Source of the DNA: Planctomycetia bacterium
GTDB taxonomy: Bacteria; Planctomycetota; Phycisphaerae; UBA1845; UTPLA1
NCBI GenBank assembly: GCA_015200345.1
Contig: CP054187.1
Span: 416,470-480,469 of the forward strand
Direction of reading: 5' to 3'
Length of the DNA: 64,000 bases
Position 1 is the first letter of the stretch; every line of letters begins with the position of its first letter. The notes beneath the pieces are model-generated. The model was not told the origin of the DNA. It was given only the letters and a program-made list of their open reading frames with translations, and did not search any database. A program made the position numbers and the translations under genes. This document shows, piece after piece, positions 9,293-20,160 of the stretch.

Positions 9293-10318
9293 TCAGGAAT
9301 TGGGCGGCGGCGGCGGTGGCAACTGCGTGGCGCCGGGCGGTGATGTCCCGGCCGGCCGATGCGGATTGAGCAGCTCCTGCGGGAACGTATCCATTCGGCC
9401 CCAGGTGCCGCGGGCATCCTTGCCGCCGTATTGAGGAAGGTGGTCGTAATAGGTACCGCGGCCGAAATCGACAAACGCCGCATGGCCGTCGGCATAGGAG
9501 ACGTTGAAAAACCCGAGCTTCTTGTGATACCCCGTCAGTTCCCCGGCGGTCAGCGTGCCCGTGACTTCGTTTGTCCACAGCGTCTGGTAGACCCGCGCCT
9601 CGAGGAACGCAAGCGTGATCGAGGTGTCGGGGATGCGCGTGTGAGAACGACCGTAAATGCCGGTGACCGTCCCGTCATTGAACGCGAGATTGTTCATGCG
9701 GAACGACGTGCCGTTCGCCGCGAAATAGGGGTTCTCCACTTCGACAGCCATGCCTCCGAACCCGGGCCACTCCTGCCAGCCGCGCTCTTCACCCGGGCAC
9801 TGGAACACCTGGAAGAAAGATCGATCCCCCGGGGCCGAGCCGGCGGCGACCCCGCGCGGCCCATAGATGAGATGGTTCAGCGGGCGCGTGCGCGGGTCAA
9901 AGTAATCGTACCAACTCTGATAAGGCGCCAGGCCCGGTCCTCCGCCGTACTCGGCGTAACCCGTGCCCGCTAAAAAGACTTTTGCATTTGGATGCACCGG
10001 CCCGAGGATGCCGTTGGGATCATCCGAGGAATAGGCGAACGCGGCACCGGTCACCTCGCGCAGGTTAGCAAGACAGCGCACCTTCTGCCCTTCGGCTCGC
10101 GAGGCCGCCAGCGCCGGCACGAGGATGCTCATGATCACCGCGATGATCGCGATGACGATCAACAACTCGATCAGCGTGAAGCCGTCCCGCGATGGACTTG
10201 CGTGCTTCGTCACGGAGGTGCCCTTCCGCAGCGGTTGTCCGCTTGCCCCTGGCTGGCCAACTCGCTCCAAGGCCATGTCGCCCATCGATCGCGCCGATTT
10301 CACAGGCCCTATATCCAT
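9293..10318 (-). CDS. Prepilin-type N-terminal cleavage/methylation domain protein, DUF1559 (H-X9-DG) family
   Basis: GFTLIELLIVIAIIAVIMSILVPAL pseudopilin N-terminus. C-terminal VSYADGHAAFVDFG (DGH motif), typical of the planctomycete DUF1559 expansion. The start is one of the in-frame ATGs at 10318/10285/10276, not 10525. Confidence 0.85.
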   Translation of the reverse strand: MDIGPVKSARSMGDMALERVGQPGASGQPLRKGTSVTKHASPSRDGFTLIELLIVIAIIAVIMSILVPALAASRAEGQKVRCLANLREVTGAAFAYSSDDPNGILGPVHPNAKVFLAGTGYAEYGGGPGLAPYQSWYDYFDPRTRPLNHLIYGPRGVAAGSAPGDRSFFQVFQCPGEERGWQEWPGFGGMAVEVENPYFAANGTSFRMNNLAFNDGTVTGIYGRSHTRIPDTSITLAFLEARVYQTLWTNEVTGTLTAGELTGYHKKLGFFNVSYADGHAAFVDFGRGTYYDHLPQYGGKDARGTWGRMDTFPQELLNPHRPAGTSPPGATQLPPPPPPNS

Positions 10319-10726
10319 GAACGACGGAACCGGGCAAACCTTGCTGTGTATTCTAACCAGACCCCTACCAGGAATAAAGCGCGCAAATGTAAATCCTTGC
10401 CCTGCCTGAACCAGCAGCCAGGCCGGGATAGCTCTCACTTGTTCTTCTTCGACCAACTCAATCGGCCCAATCCGACGAACCACCACGCTGACGTAGAAAA
10501 AACGAAGCACTACAATTCGCGACACGCCATAAGAGCAATATACATAGAAAGTTACGCGCCAGCCCCTCCAAACGGGGTATAATTTAGCGTTCGCCGACTG
10601 ATTCGGCGGTTAATTTCAGCTTGGCAGGAGAGCGAGGGGCCTGCAAAGCCCAGCTGCGCGAAGGAATGGGGAAGTCCTATCAACGCGGCGGAGGAGCCTC
10701 GAGGCGGATTCCTGCGGGAGTGTCTC

Positions 10727-11575
10727 ATGCGTGTTTTCAATCTAATCATTGTTTCTACAGTTGTCTATTCTTTGTCCGTGGCCCCTGCGGCCCTTGCCGT
10801 CGGCGTCGGTGAACCCCTCGGCTTCACGATCAACATTCAACACGGCGCGACCAACGTCGCCAACAAGGCGGTGACGATCGGACCGGGCATGGACCTGCCC
10901 GACATCAAGATCTCCGACGGCACACCCGAGAGCTTCACGCAGATCGGAACGCTCCCCGGCGGCAGCCCGATCATCCTCAAAGTCGTGACCGAGGACGACG
11001 CGCTCTATCGCATCCTCCACGCCTACATCCTCGCACCGGTCAGCCTTGCCGACATTGACTCCCCCGGCCCTGTCTCGCTCTTCGATCCGCTCAAGGCCGA
11101 CCCGATCACCGTCTCGCTCACCAATTTGATCTTCACCGGCGGCAGCTTCGTCGAGCCGCGCGTCGAGAACAACAACAGCTATTTCGTCTCCTACATGCGC
11201 GACATCGAGGGTAAGTTCTATCACTTGCCGAACGCCAACGCTTTCAACTCCTACGGCCACGGCGTCCTTGATATCCAGGTGCCCGGCCAGTACTACCTCG
11301 ACGGCACCGCCAATCCCTACCAGTTCTCCTCCACCATCGGCTCGCCCGCTTCGGTCACGTGGGCCAATATGGTCAACCCCGGACCGGCCGGCTCGCAGGT
11401 TCACAACGGATTCTTCAGCCACAACCCGGCGTCGCCCGGCTATGTCTTCGAGCTGGGGCTATCGGTCGCGTTCGTGAAGGCGATCCCCGAACCAGGCTCG
11501 CTGTCGCTCCTGGCCATGGGCCTTGCGCTCCTCGTGAAGCGCCGCACGCGCCGCGCCGTGCTAAACTGCCGCTGA
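10727..11575 (+). CDS. PEP-CTERM sorting-domain protein
   Basis: Signal peptide MRVFNLIIVSTVVYSLSVAPAALA. C-terminus IPEPGSLSLLAMGLALLVKRRTRR is PEP motif + TM helix + basic tail. Confidence 0.85.
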   Translation: MRVFNLIIVSTVVYSLSVAPAALAVGVGEPLGFTINIQHGATNVANKAVTIGPGMDLPDIKISDGTPESFTQIGTLPGGSPIILKVVTEDDALYRILHAYILAPVSLADIDSPGPVSLFDPLKADPITVSLTNLIFTGGSFVEPRVENNNSYFVSYMRDIEGKFYHLPNANAFNSYGHGVLDIQVPGQYYLDGTANPYQFSSTIGSPASVTWANMVNPGPAGSQVHNGFFSHNPASPGYVFELGLSVAFVKAIPEPGSLSLLAMGLALLVKRRTRRAVLNCR

Positions 11576-11588
11576 TCATCCTGCTCAC

Positions 11589-11625
11589 AGCAGAGCGGAC
11601 TCGGCCCGTTTTCTCTGCTTTTTTT
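11589..11625 (+). terminator. Rho-independent terminator candidate after the PEP-CTERM gene
   Basis: AGCAGAG-(17 nt loop)-CTCTGCT followed by TTTTTTT. Confidence 0.55.
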
Positions 11626-11654
11626 CCACTGCGCGCGGGACACCCATCGGTCGC

Positions 11655-13250
11655 TAGCCCGCATATTTCATCAGTGCTTTCCGAAGCACGTTGATAGCGT
11701 GGTAAGTCGGAGTTTGCGTGGGTCTGGAGGCGGTGACGTGGTTTTTGCGCGCAGAACCCCCTTACCCCCATGCGATCGTCGGGTTGTTGGTGGGTCATGA
11801 CGGGGCAGGCGGGATCAGATGCAGTCGCGGAAGCAGGGATCGCCACTGATCCTGCAACGGGTAGCTGCTCGAGAGTCGCAGCACGACGCGACGCACCGAG
11901 ACGACCACCCGGGCCGCAACCTTGAAGAGCTTGAGGCGAATCGTCTCCACCTGGGCCTCGGCGAGTTCGGTGCCGGCCAGCGCCGTGCGGCGAAGCGTTT
12001 CCACCAGGACGTAGGCCGCCGAGGACAACAGCAGCCGGAACTGGTTGGCCATGAAGCCGTAACACTGGTGCGGTCGGCGAAGAGCCCGAGCTGCTGCTCC
12101 TTGATGCGGTTCTCCATGGCACCGCGGGCCGTGTACAGTCCGTCGTAGATATCACTCGGCGTGCGGTCCGTCAGGTTGGTCACCACGAATCGAACGTTCG
12201 GTCCCTGCGCCAGTCGTTCGGCCTTGACGATCACGCGACGCGGGCGATCCCAGGTCTGCGCCGCGTATGGGACCTCGTGGAAGTTCCGCACCTTCTGCTG
12301 CGTCGCGGCGAACTGCGCCTCGGCCGCCTGCATGAAAGGCTCGGCCACTTTCTCCAACACGACATTCCGCGCCAGCCCCAGCACATACTCCACCCCGTGC
12401 CGGTCGCACCATTTCATCATCCGCCAGCGGCAGAAGCCGGAGTCCCCGCGGACGATGATCCGCACGCCGGGCCACGCCTGTCGCAAGCGCTGCACCAGGA
12501 GCTTCAGGATGGGCCACGCATGATGCGCCCCGTCGATGTTGCTGGGCCGCAGGTAGGAGACCAGCAGCCGCGCGCCGCAGAACACATACAGCGGCAGGAA
12601 GCAGTGGTGGTCATAGTAGCCGTGGAAGAAGCGGCCCTCCTGGTTGCCGTGGATCGGATCGTCGGTCGCGTCAAAGTCGAGGATCAATTCCTCAGGCGGC
12701 TTCTCGTACGACGCGATGAACTGCTCCACCAGCACGCGCGACATCCGAACCAGGTCGCCGCGCGTGACGCGGTTCTCCAGTCGGCACAGGGTCGGACTGC
12801 TGGCCAGCGGCTCATCCGGACACGGCGGCCGCCCGGTCAGGACCGCCAGCACGGGATCGGTCCGCAGCGTTTGATGGTCGTTGAGGTCTTCGTATCCCAG
12901 CGCGATGGCGAAGATGCGCTGGGCCAGCATGACCCGCTGGTCGTGTTGAATGCGGTCCGGATCGCGCGGGTCGTTGATGACCGCAGCGAGTTGGTCGACC
13001 AGACCCAGACGCCGCTCGACCTCCCGAAGCAGCAACCCCCCGGCGTCGGAGGTCAGCGTTCCGCCTGTAAAATCGGCGACGATTTTCTTGCGGCCGAGGC
13101 TGGAAAAAAGAAGCGGTTGTGCGTTACAGTCTGTCACGAAAAGGCCTCCCTGCCTAAGGACCGGAATGTTCCTGTCAGAACCCCAGTCTACAAGGCTTCG
13201 AGGCTTTTTCTATTTCAATTCCACATCAAACTGATGAAATATTCGGGCTA
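11655..13250 (-). mobile_element. IS1380-family insertion sequence (about 1.6 kb) with terminal inverted repeats
   Basis: Left end is TAGCCCGCATATTTCATCAGT (11655-11675). The reverse complement of the right end (13230-13250) is TAGCCCGAATATTTCATCAGT, a 20/21 match. The repeats enclose one DDE transposase reading frame. The target-site duplication is ambiguous (CTAG/CTAA or TA). Confidence 0.8.
11795..13137 (-). pseudogene. IS1380-family DDE transposase, interrupted by a frameshift near 12053-12070
   Basis: N-terminus MTDCNAQPLLFSSLGRKKIVADFTGGTLTSDAGGLLLREVERRLGL...ALGYEDLNDH is typical IS1380 transposase. After ...LFADRTS the frame becomes nonsense (VTASWPTSSGCCCPRRP). The canonical continuation MANQFRLLLSSAAYVLVETLRR... 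is in another frame (ORF 11795..12052). One missing base around agtgttacggcttcatgg would restore S-C-x-G-F-M-A-N-Q-F. Confidence 0.75.
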
Positions 13251-13381
13251 AGGACGATGGCGCCACGTCAAAGCGCAGATTGCGATCGTCACTAATTGAC
13301 ACAAACAAACGTGCCCGGAGGCTTCCCATCCCCCGGGCACGCTCGCATTGAAAGGAGCAGTCGTCTTGGTGTTCGCTCAAG

Positions 13382-13407
13382 GAGCCGCGCACTTCAGCTC
13401 GCGCGGC
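13382..13407. repeat. REP-like imperfect palindrome (variant copy)
   Basis: GAGCCGCGCACTTCAGCTCGCGCGGC has the same outer arms (GAGCCGCG...CGCGCGGC) and TTCA centre as the 26-mer at 14120 and 43431. Confidence 0.5.
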
Positions 13408-13482
13408 TTATCAAACTTGAGCGAATGCTTCATTCCTCTTGGCCGGGTCTCGCGCAGCGAGGCTCCCACCCGTTGAGCCGCG

Positions 13483-13827
13483 TCACGGCCTGCCTGGCCG
13501 TTGTGCCGCGCCGACGCTGTAACTACGGAAGTTCCGCTGCGGCGTCTGGCGCTCGGAGAATTCGTTCCCGAAGAAGTCGCGATAGTACTCGATGTACACC
13601 GTCTCCTGCGGGCTGTGATAGCCGTTCCACGTCAACGGCCAATCGGTGCGGCCGATCTGCCCCGCGACCGAGTCTTCCCACGGATCACCCATCAGGAGGT
13701 TCGTTCCGACGGATGTCGCGATCGGCGACGGCGCGTCCTGCCGGCAGCCGATCATCCCCCCCGCGATCAGCAGCGCCGCCGCGCCGCCGATGATCCACAA
13801 CCCCGGATGTCGAACCCCCCGATCCAT
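13483..13827 (-). CDS. Small lipoprotein (hypothetical)
   Basis: 114-aa ORF. N-terminus MDRGVRHPGLWIIGGAAALLIAGGMIGC contains a lipobox-like IGC. Confidence 0.5.
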   Translation of the reverse strand: MDRGVRHPGLWIIGGAAALLIAGGMIGCRQDAPSPIATSVGTNLLMGDPWEDSVAGQIGRTDWPLTWNGYHSPQETVYIEYYRDFFGNEFSERQTPQRNFRSYSVGAAQRPGRP

Positions 13828-14100
13828 GTCCCCTTCTCCCTCTCGCGCTCGCTGGGAGGATAGGGCACCCGCCGTGCCAGGGACGGATAAATCGGCGGAT
13901 CACCGCGTGTTCCGAAAACCCGAATTCCGTGCAAATCAAGTCAATTGCTTGCGGTGCAACGGGTTGCAGCGAATCGGGTGGTCCTCGCACACGTCTGTTT
14001 ATGACGATTGGCGAAGAGAATCATCGTATGACGACATGAATGCGTGGGTGGAATTGCTGTAGGAATTCATCATGAGTTGCCGCAGGCGGCAGAACCCAAA

Positions 14101-14208
14101 GAGCCGCGGGCTGCCCAATGAGCCGCGGGCTTCAGCCCGCGCGGCCATTCGATCACGCGTGAACGCTTCGCACCGAATCCCAACGCCGCGCGAGCTAACG
14201 CTCGCGGC

Positions 14209-14210
<2 letters not shown>
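14101..14210. repeat. REP cluster (half-site + full REP + inverted variant REP; BIME-like)
   Basis: Half-site GAGCCGCGGGCT at 14101-14112. Full GAGCCGCGGGCTTCAGCCCGCGCGGC at 14120-14145, identical to 43431-43456. Inverted variant GCCGCGCGAGCTAACGCTCGCGGCTC at 14185-14210, which abuts or overlaps the stop codon of the M28 peptidase gene. Confidence 0.7.
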
Positions 14211-15651
<1,441 letters not shown>

Positions 15652-15854
15652 AGAACGAATAATGCTAGCTACCCTGTTGAAACCTCGGCGCGAACGTCAC
15701 GCCGAGGCTGCCTCCGATTGCTCGCGCAATCGGCTGGTTGGCGGCGAATTGTACCGGTGCGTGGTTTCCTCATAAACCCGCTAAAACTCACACGCGACGC
15801 GGCGATAACGCGCGTTACAATGGCCAGCGTGCCTTTGGCGGCTATCGATTGCCC

Positions 15855-17264
15855 ATGCAATCGATGTCCTTCACGGAGCCGATTGCGCAAGTAATCGAAA
15901 AACGCATGCAAACCGATCGACGGATGTTTCTGCGAACACTGACCGGCGCGACGGCGGCCTACACGCTGCCCAGCCTCATCGACGATTGGCCCTCGATCAT
16001 TCACAGAGCAAACGCGAGTCAGCCGGTGGAGGGCGACAATCCGCGAAACGGCAAGACGATTCCGGGCCGTGATCAACCATCGTCCATGGACGACAAGAAT
16101 GACGAGTCGTTCTGGTTCAACGTTCAGCAGGCGTTTTCGATTGATCGATCGTACATCAATCTGAACAACGGCGGGGTCTGTCCGTCGCCGCGCGTGGTCA
16201 TGGACGCACAACGGCGGCAACTGGAGTTCACCAACAACGCCCCCGCGCGCCACCTGTGGCAGGTGCAGGATCCCCAACTTGAACTCGTCCGCGCCAAGCT
16301 CGCCCGGCTTTATGGTTGCGATCCCGAGGAAATGGCCATCACGCGCAATGCGAGCGAGGCGCTTCAAATCTCGTTGAACGGGATCGACCTCAAGCCTGGT
16401 GACGAAATTCTCACCTCGACGCACGATTACCCGCGCATGATCGCCACGATCCGCCAGCGCGAAAAACGCGAAGGCGTCGTCATGAAACAAGTCCCCCTGC
16501 CGCCGCCCGACGCGTCGCAGGATGAAGTCGTCGGCGCGTTCGAGCGCGGCATCACCAGCAAGACGCGCATTTTGCTTGTCTCGCACGTCGTCTTCCTGAC
16601 CGGCCGAATCCTGCCCGTGCAGGACATCTGCGCCATGGCGCGAAAGCGCGGGTTGATCATCATCGTCGACGGCGCACACGCCTTCGGACAAATCGCCTAC
16701 GACGGCCGCGAGATCGATTGCGACATGTACGGCGTCAGTTGTCACAAGTGGCTGACCGCGCCGATCGGCACGGGGTTTCTCCATGTGCGCCGCGGCATGA
16801 TCAAGGATCTCTGGCCGCTCACCGCGCCGGAGGATCCCAAGTCGGAAAACATCCGCAAGTTCGAGGAGATCGGCACGCATCCGGACGCCGGCCGGCTGGC
16901 CATCGGCGAGGCGATTGCGTTTCATCTGGGAATCGGCCCGAAGCGCAAGGAGCATCGGCTTCGCACCTTGAGAAACTACTGGGCCACCCGGCTCATGAAG
17001 CATCAAAAGGTGAAACTGTTCACGAACCTCGCGCCCGATCGGTCCTGCGCGATCGGCACGATCGGCATCGACGGCATCGAACCACTGGCCCTTACGTCGC
17101 ACCTGTGGGACAAGCACAAGATCATCGTGACGCCCATCGATCACGAAGACATCCACGGCGTGCGTGTCACGGCCAACGTCTATACGACCTTCGACGAGTT
17201 GGATTTGTTCTGCGAAGCCATGGAAAACGTCGCGCGGGAAGGCTTGCCGAAGAACGGCAAGTAA
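15855..17264 (+). CDS. Class-V-fold PLP-dependent aminotransferase/epimerase-like enzyme with twin-arginine signal
   Basis: MQTDRRMFLRTLTGATAAYTLPS Tat-type leader. Class V fold blocks: ITRNASEALQ, LLVSHVVFLTG, IIVDGAHAFGQ, SCHKWLTAPIGTGFL (PLP lysine). Alternative start at ATG 15906. Confidence 0.75.
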   Translation: MQSMSFTEPIAQVIEKRMQTDRRMFLRTLTGATAAYTLPSLIDDWPSIIHRANASQPVEGDNPRNGKTIPGRDQPSSMDDKNDESFWFNVQQAFSIDRSYINLNNGGVCPSPRVVMDAQRRQLEFTNNAPARHLWQVQDPQLELVRAKLARLYGCDPEEMAITRNASEALQISLNGIDLKPGDEILTSTHDYPRMIATIRQREKREGVVMKQVPLPPPDASQDEVVGAFERGITSKTRILLVSHVVFLTGRILPVQDICAMARKRGLIIIVDGAHAFGQIAYDGREIDCDMYGVSCHKWLTAPIGTGFLHVRRGMIKDLWPLTAPEDPKSENIRKFEEIGTHPDAGRLAIGEAIAFHLGIGPKRKEHRLRTLRNYWATRLMKHQKVKLFTNLAPDRSCAIGTIGIDGIEPLALTSHLWDKHKIIVTPIDHEDIHGVRVTANVYTTFDELDLFCEAMENVAREGLPKNGK

Positions 17265-17335
17265 TGCACGCCGATGCCAAGGCAGTCTGCGCAGCGAATC
17301 AACCCTGCGACGGCGGTCCCCCATCGCATCGATCG

Positions 17336-17686
17336 TTATCGAAGGTGGACGTTGAAAGCCTTCAGAGCCGCGGCGTCGTCGGCGTAGAAGCTGAACTCTT
17401 TCTCCAGCCCGGTGATCGAGAACATCTTCTTGATTTCCCCGTTCATCCCGCAAAGGGCCAGATCGCCCTTGATGGCCTGCACCTTCTTCTTCAGGTTGAT
17501 GAGCAGGCCCAGCGCCCGGGAGGACAGCGTTTTGACCCGCGTGAAATCGAGAATCAGCTTCTGCTTGTCCTGGGCGTCTGGCAGGGCGTACAGATCCTTG
17601 CCGAGCTGGTCGATGGCGGCGCTGTCCAGTATGGAACTGTCCGTGAATGTCACTACTGTGACACCTGCATAGTCCGTCACCAGCAT
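17336..17686 (-). CDS. STAS-domain protein (anti-sigma-factor antagonist-like)
   Basis: VTVVTFTDSSILDSAAIDQLGKDLYAL...LILDFTRVKTLSSRALGLLINL...LCGMNGEIKKMFSITGLEKEF matches SpoIIAA/STAS architecture. The start is set at ATG 17686 because the longer listed ORF (to 17746) would reach within 9 nt of the tRNA at 17755 and its first 20 residues precede the recognisable STAS domain. Confidence 0.75.
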   Translation of the reverse strand: MLVTDYAGVTVVTFTDSSILDSAAIDQLGKDLYALPDAQDKQKLILDFTRVKTLSSRALGLLINLKKKVQAIKGDLALCGMNGEIKKMFSITGLEKEFSFYADDAAALKAFNVHLR

Positions 17687-17754
17687 GCGATTCGCCACGC
17701 GCAATCCTCCACGGCTTCGTGGGTCAGTCGACAGGACCCGACGCAAACAACCAA

Positions 17755-17828
17755 CGTCCCCGGCAGGATTCGAACCTGCAACCTTCGGCTTCGGAGGCCG
17801 ACACTCTGTCCAGTTGAGCTACGGGGAC
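17755..17828 (-). tRNA. tRNA-Arg (anticodon CCG)
   Basis: Minus-strand sequence GTCCCCGTAGCTCAACTGGACAGAGTGTCGGCCTCCGAAGCCGAAGGTTGCAGGTTCGAATCCTGCCGGGGACG folds as a cloverleaf. Anticodon stem is TCGGC/GCCGA, the loop is CTCCGAA, and the T-loop is TTCGAAT. Confidence 0.9.
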
Positions 17829-17929
17829 ACAATACAGCCGTTCGCCGAGGAATTGTATCGGTGCTTCGAGGCGTCGCAAGGCCCGCCCTCGGCCCGTTGC
17901 AGTGCCCTCTCACGTGGCAGCGAGAGGAA

Positions 17930-18553
17930 TTACGCCGTGGTTGACAAAGACGCATGGCGGGCCGCAGCCGTCGCGCGCAGCCGCTCCCAATCAGCCCGGC
18001 GAAACAACACGATCATCCACACGAAAACCGGCATGACAAACGACGACGCGACGATTGAGGCAAAGACATGCTCCACGAGGAAACCCATGACCGTCTTCAA
18101 CCAGCCGGGCGGGTGAAATGCGTTGATGGCATCCCCCTGGCTCAACGTGTTTACAATCGACACCCATCGGCGAAACAACACAAAGCCATGAACCGCCAGC
18201 ATCGAGCCGACGAGTCCGAACAGACGCCGCCGCCAGGAAACCGGCGTGGCCACCACCAGTGCGCAAACAAGGCTTGCGGGGATGTAGCCGTCGTAACGCG
18301 CGCTGACGGGGCGGGTCCCGAACGCGCCGGGCAACGCCTTGTTCACAAGCACCATTTCGGTGTCCATCACCTCGTCGGCCGAATCCAGCGGACGAAAGGT
18401 CACCGAAGCGCGCCCTCCCACGGAATAGAAAACGGTGTTACACAGGCCGCGATAGAACGCGCGATAGCCTGTGCCGACCGCCGGCCAGGCCAATGCCAGT
18501 CCGACGTAAACGCACAGTACCACGAAGAGAAAGCGAAACGCAGCTTTAGGCAT
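17930..18553 (-). CDS. Multi-pass membrane protein translationally coupled to the exosortase (exosortase-associated)
   Basis: 207-aa ORF with 5-6 hydrophobic helices. Its start overlaps the exosortase stop by 8 nt. Confidence 0.55.
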   Translation of the reverse strand: MPKAAFRFLFVVLCVYVGLALAWPAVGTGYRAFYRGLCNTVFYSVGGRASVTFRPLDSADEVMDTEMVLVNKALPGAFGTRPVSARYDGYIPASLVCALVVATPVSWRRRLFGLVGSMLAVHGFVLFRRWVSIVNTLSQGDAINAFHPPGWLKTVMGFLVEHVFASIVASSFVMPVFVWMIVLFRRADWERLRATAAARHASLSTTA

Positions 18554-19145
18554 GTTGAACGCGCGCCCGCGCGACCGATTCCCGGCCCAGCGCCCACCAA
18601 GCCCACGCGAGCCAGATCGCCACGGCCAAGAGGATGAAGATCACCTGCCAGACATCGACGTGCATCACGTGAAACGCCGCGGGCCAGTACACGCCAAAGA
18701 GGAAGAGCGTCACGATCCGCATTAGATTCATCGCCATCAGGCACAGCGCGCCGGCCGCCATGCCCGCGAGGCGGGCACGAATCGACATGGGTGACGCCAA
18801 TATGGCAGAAACGAGCAGCGCAATCGGCTCGATCGCGTCGCATCCGCGGGCGACTTCGACGCTGAACCGTTGCGAGCAAACAGCGCTCCCGTTGGCTTCA
18901 ACAGGCCCCTGACCGACCCCTTCCAGCACGCGCGCGGCGACGATCGCATTCCCTTTCAAAAACGCAGGGAAAACGCGCGCGTGAAAAAGGGAAAGGCTTG
19001 ACAGAACGTAGTAAATGGCCATGCAACCTGCGAAGGTGAGCACAAATCGAAACACGGGGCGGCGCGAGGGCCGCGGACCCGCGGGAACCGGCGACTCGCG
19101 TATGACACTTCCCGTTGAAGCAGACCGTTTGTCGCGTCGCGCCAT
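18546..19145 (-). CDS. xrtH: Exosortase/archaeosortase-family transpeptidase, probably exosortase H (IPTLxxWG-CTERM-specific)
   Basis: Small polytopic protein with the family's conserved Cys (VARGCDAIEP), Arg in a TM helix (NLMRIVTLFL) and His (FHVMHVDVW). It lies two genes from a protein ending in VPTVSEWG + TM helix + RRR. Confidence 0.7.
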   Translation of the reverse strand: MARRDKRSASTGSVIRESPVPAGPRPSRRPVFRFVLTFAGCMAIYYVLSSLSLFHARVFPAFLKGNAIVAARVLEGVGQGPVEANGSAVCSQRFSVEVARGCDAIEPIALLVSAILASPMSIRARLAGMAAGALCLMAMNLMRIVTLFLFGVYWPAAFHVMHVDVWQVIFILLAVAIWLAWAWWALGRESVARARVQHA

Positions 19146-19175
19146 GCGCTGCCATGAATCCTGCTACTCGAAGGA

Positions 19176-19424
19176 TCAATCATCCTGCTCGCGCCGTACA
19201 GGGCGCGACAGGCCGATCCACAAGTGTATCAGATAGGCGGCGAGCGTCCCACTGATGGCGGTGCCGATGATGTCGCGCAGGGCGAGTTCGCCGTGAATGC
19301 GATAGGCGACCGCGCAGCCGATCACTGCCGCCACGACGACGACGATCAACGTCTTGGCGAAGATCGAAGGGTAAAACAAAGGCGGCTGGGGCGATAAATC
19401 CTGCATGGAGTCCGCTCTCTGCAC
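19176..19424 (-). CDS. Small two-TM membrane protein (hypothetical)
   Basis: 82-aa ORF located between the cargo and exosortase genes. Hydrophobic helices TLIVVVVAAVIGCAVAY and AISGTLAAYLIHLWIGL. Confidence 0.4.
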   Translation of the reverse strand: MQRADSMQDLSPQPPLFYPSIFAKTLIVVVVAAVIGCAVAYRIHGELALRDIIGTAISGTLAAYLIHLWIGLSRPVRREQDD

Positions 19425-19560
19425 ATCGACTGGACTGGATCCTGAAACAACGAGAATTCCGGAAGCCCCGCGATCCCCGCGCGGGCTGGGCGACGAGGGG
19501 CGGACGCCGATGCATCCACCCCTCGCAACCGCGAAATCGTCGCTTCAGCTCACTACGAGA

Positions 19561-20160
19561 TTACGCCATCGGCAGGACACTCTCTTTCGCTCGACGACGA
19601 GCGATCACGATGGTACCGGCTGTCAACAGCAGCAGCCCCATGATGATCAGGCCCCATTCAGAGACGGTGGGTACGCTGGGGTGATAGCTCGGAATAATCT
19701 GCGTGGCGCCCGGCGGGTTAGGAACATTGTTGCAAACATGCGAGAATTTCGCGTCGATGTCGATGCTCATGTCCGGCTGAATCTCCACCCACACTGTCCG
19801 TGGACAAGCGTTTGGCAGCCAGTAAGGGCCCGTATTGATCGGCAGGTTCAATCCCGCCATAGCATAGTTGATGGTAACCCACTGTGAGCATTGTATTGGA
19901 ATCGCGGCGTTTGCGGCCGGATTCCAGCAGAAGCGCACATTGACATTGGTATTCGGTTGAAAGATGTTCACCAATCCGGCGAGGCTGAAAACTTTATCTG
20001 TGCCCGCGTTGTTGGCGAACGGGCCAAATCGCATGAGGGTATTCATTGGGATGGCCGCAGTGACCTGATCTTGGGCGGCGTGAGAGCGCGGTGATACACC
20101 AACCAACACCACACCGGCCAGGACAAGGGCTGTTGGCGAAAGAACGTTATGAGTTTTCAT
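19561..20160 (-). CDS. IPTLxxWG-CTERM sorting-domain protein (exosortase H cargo)
   Basis: AGGAGG RBS precedes the ATG. Signal peptide MKTHNVLSPTALVLAGVVLVGVSPRSHA. C-terminus VPTVSEWGLIIMGLLLLTAGTIVIARRR is the IPTLxxWG motif + TM helix + Arg cluster. Confidence 0.8.
   Translation of the reverse strand: MKTHNVLSPTALVLAGVVLVGVSPRSHAAQDQVTAAIPMNTLMRFGPFANNAGTDKVFSLAGLVNIFQPNTNVNVRFCWNPAANAAIPIQCSQWVTINYAMAGLNLPINTGPYWLPNACPRTVWVEIQPDMSIDIDAKFSHVCNNVPNPPGATQIIPSYHPSVPTVSEWGLIIMGLLLLTAGTIVIARRRAKESVLPMA

Noticed and set aside
8734-9495. Listed 253-aa version of the zinc-ribbon ORF
   Set aside because: The upstream ~100 codons overlap the 3' end of the DUF1559 gene and are Arg/Pro-rich. A shorter start (9186 or 8988) is more plausible.
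10578-10583. Perfect TATAAT hexamer 144 nt upstream of the PEP-CTERM gene
   Set aside because: There is no convincing -35 element at 16-18 bp spacing (the nearest, TTACGC, is 20 bp away). Promoter consensus for this phylum is uncertain, so it is not reported as a feature.
11771-13290. 10-bp direct repeat tgcgatcgtc (11771-11780 and 13281-13290), considered as a target-site duplication of the IS
   Set aside because: The left copy lies inside the element defined by the 21-bp inverted repeats (11655/13250). IS1380-family duplications are 4-5 bp. This is probably chance.
15669-17453. 594-aa ORF on the minus strand
   Set aside because: It is fully antisense to the well-supported PLP enzyme gene. 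It is Arg/Gly/Asp/His-rich with no recognisable motif. This is a typical high-GC shadow ORF.
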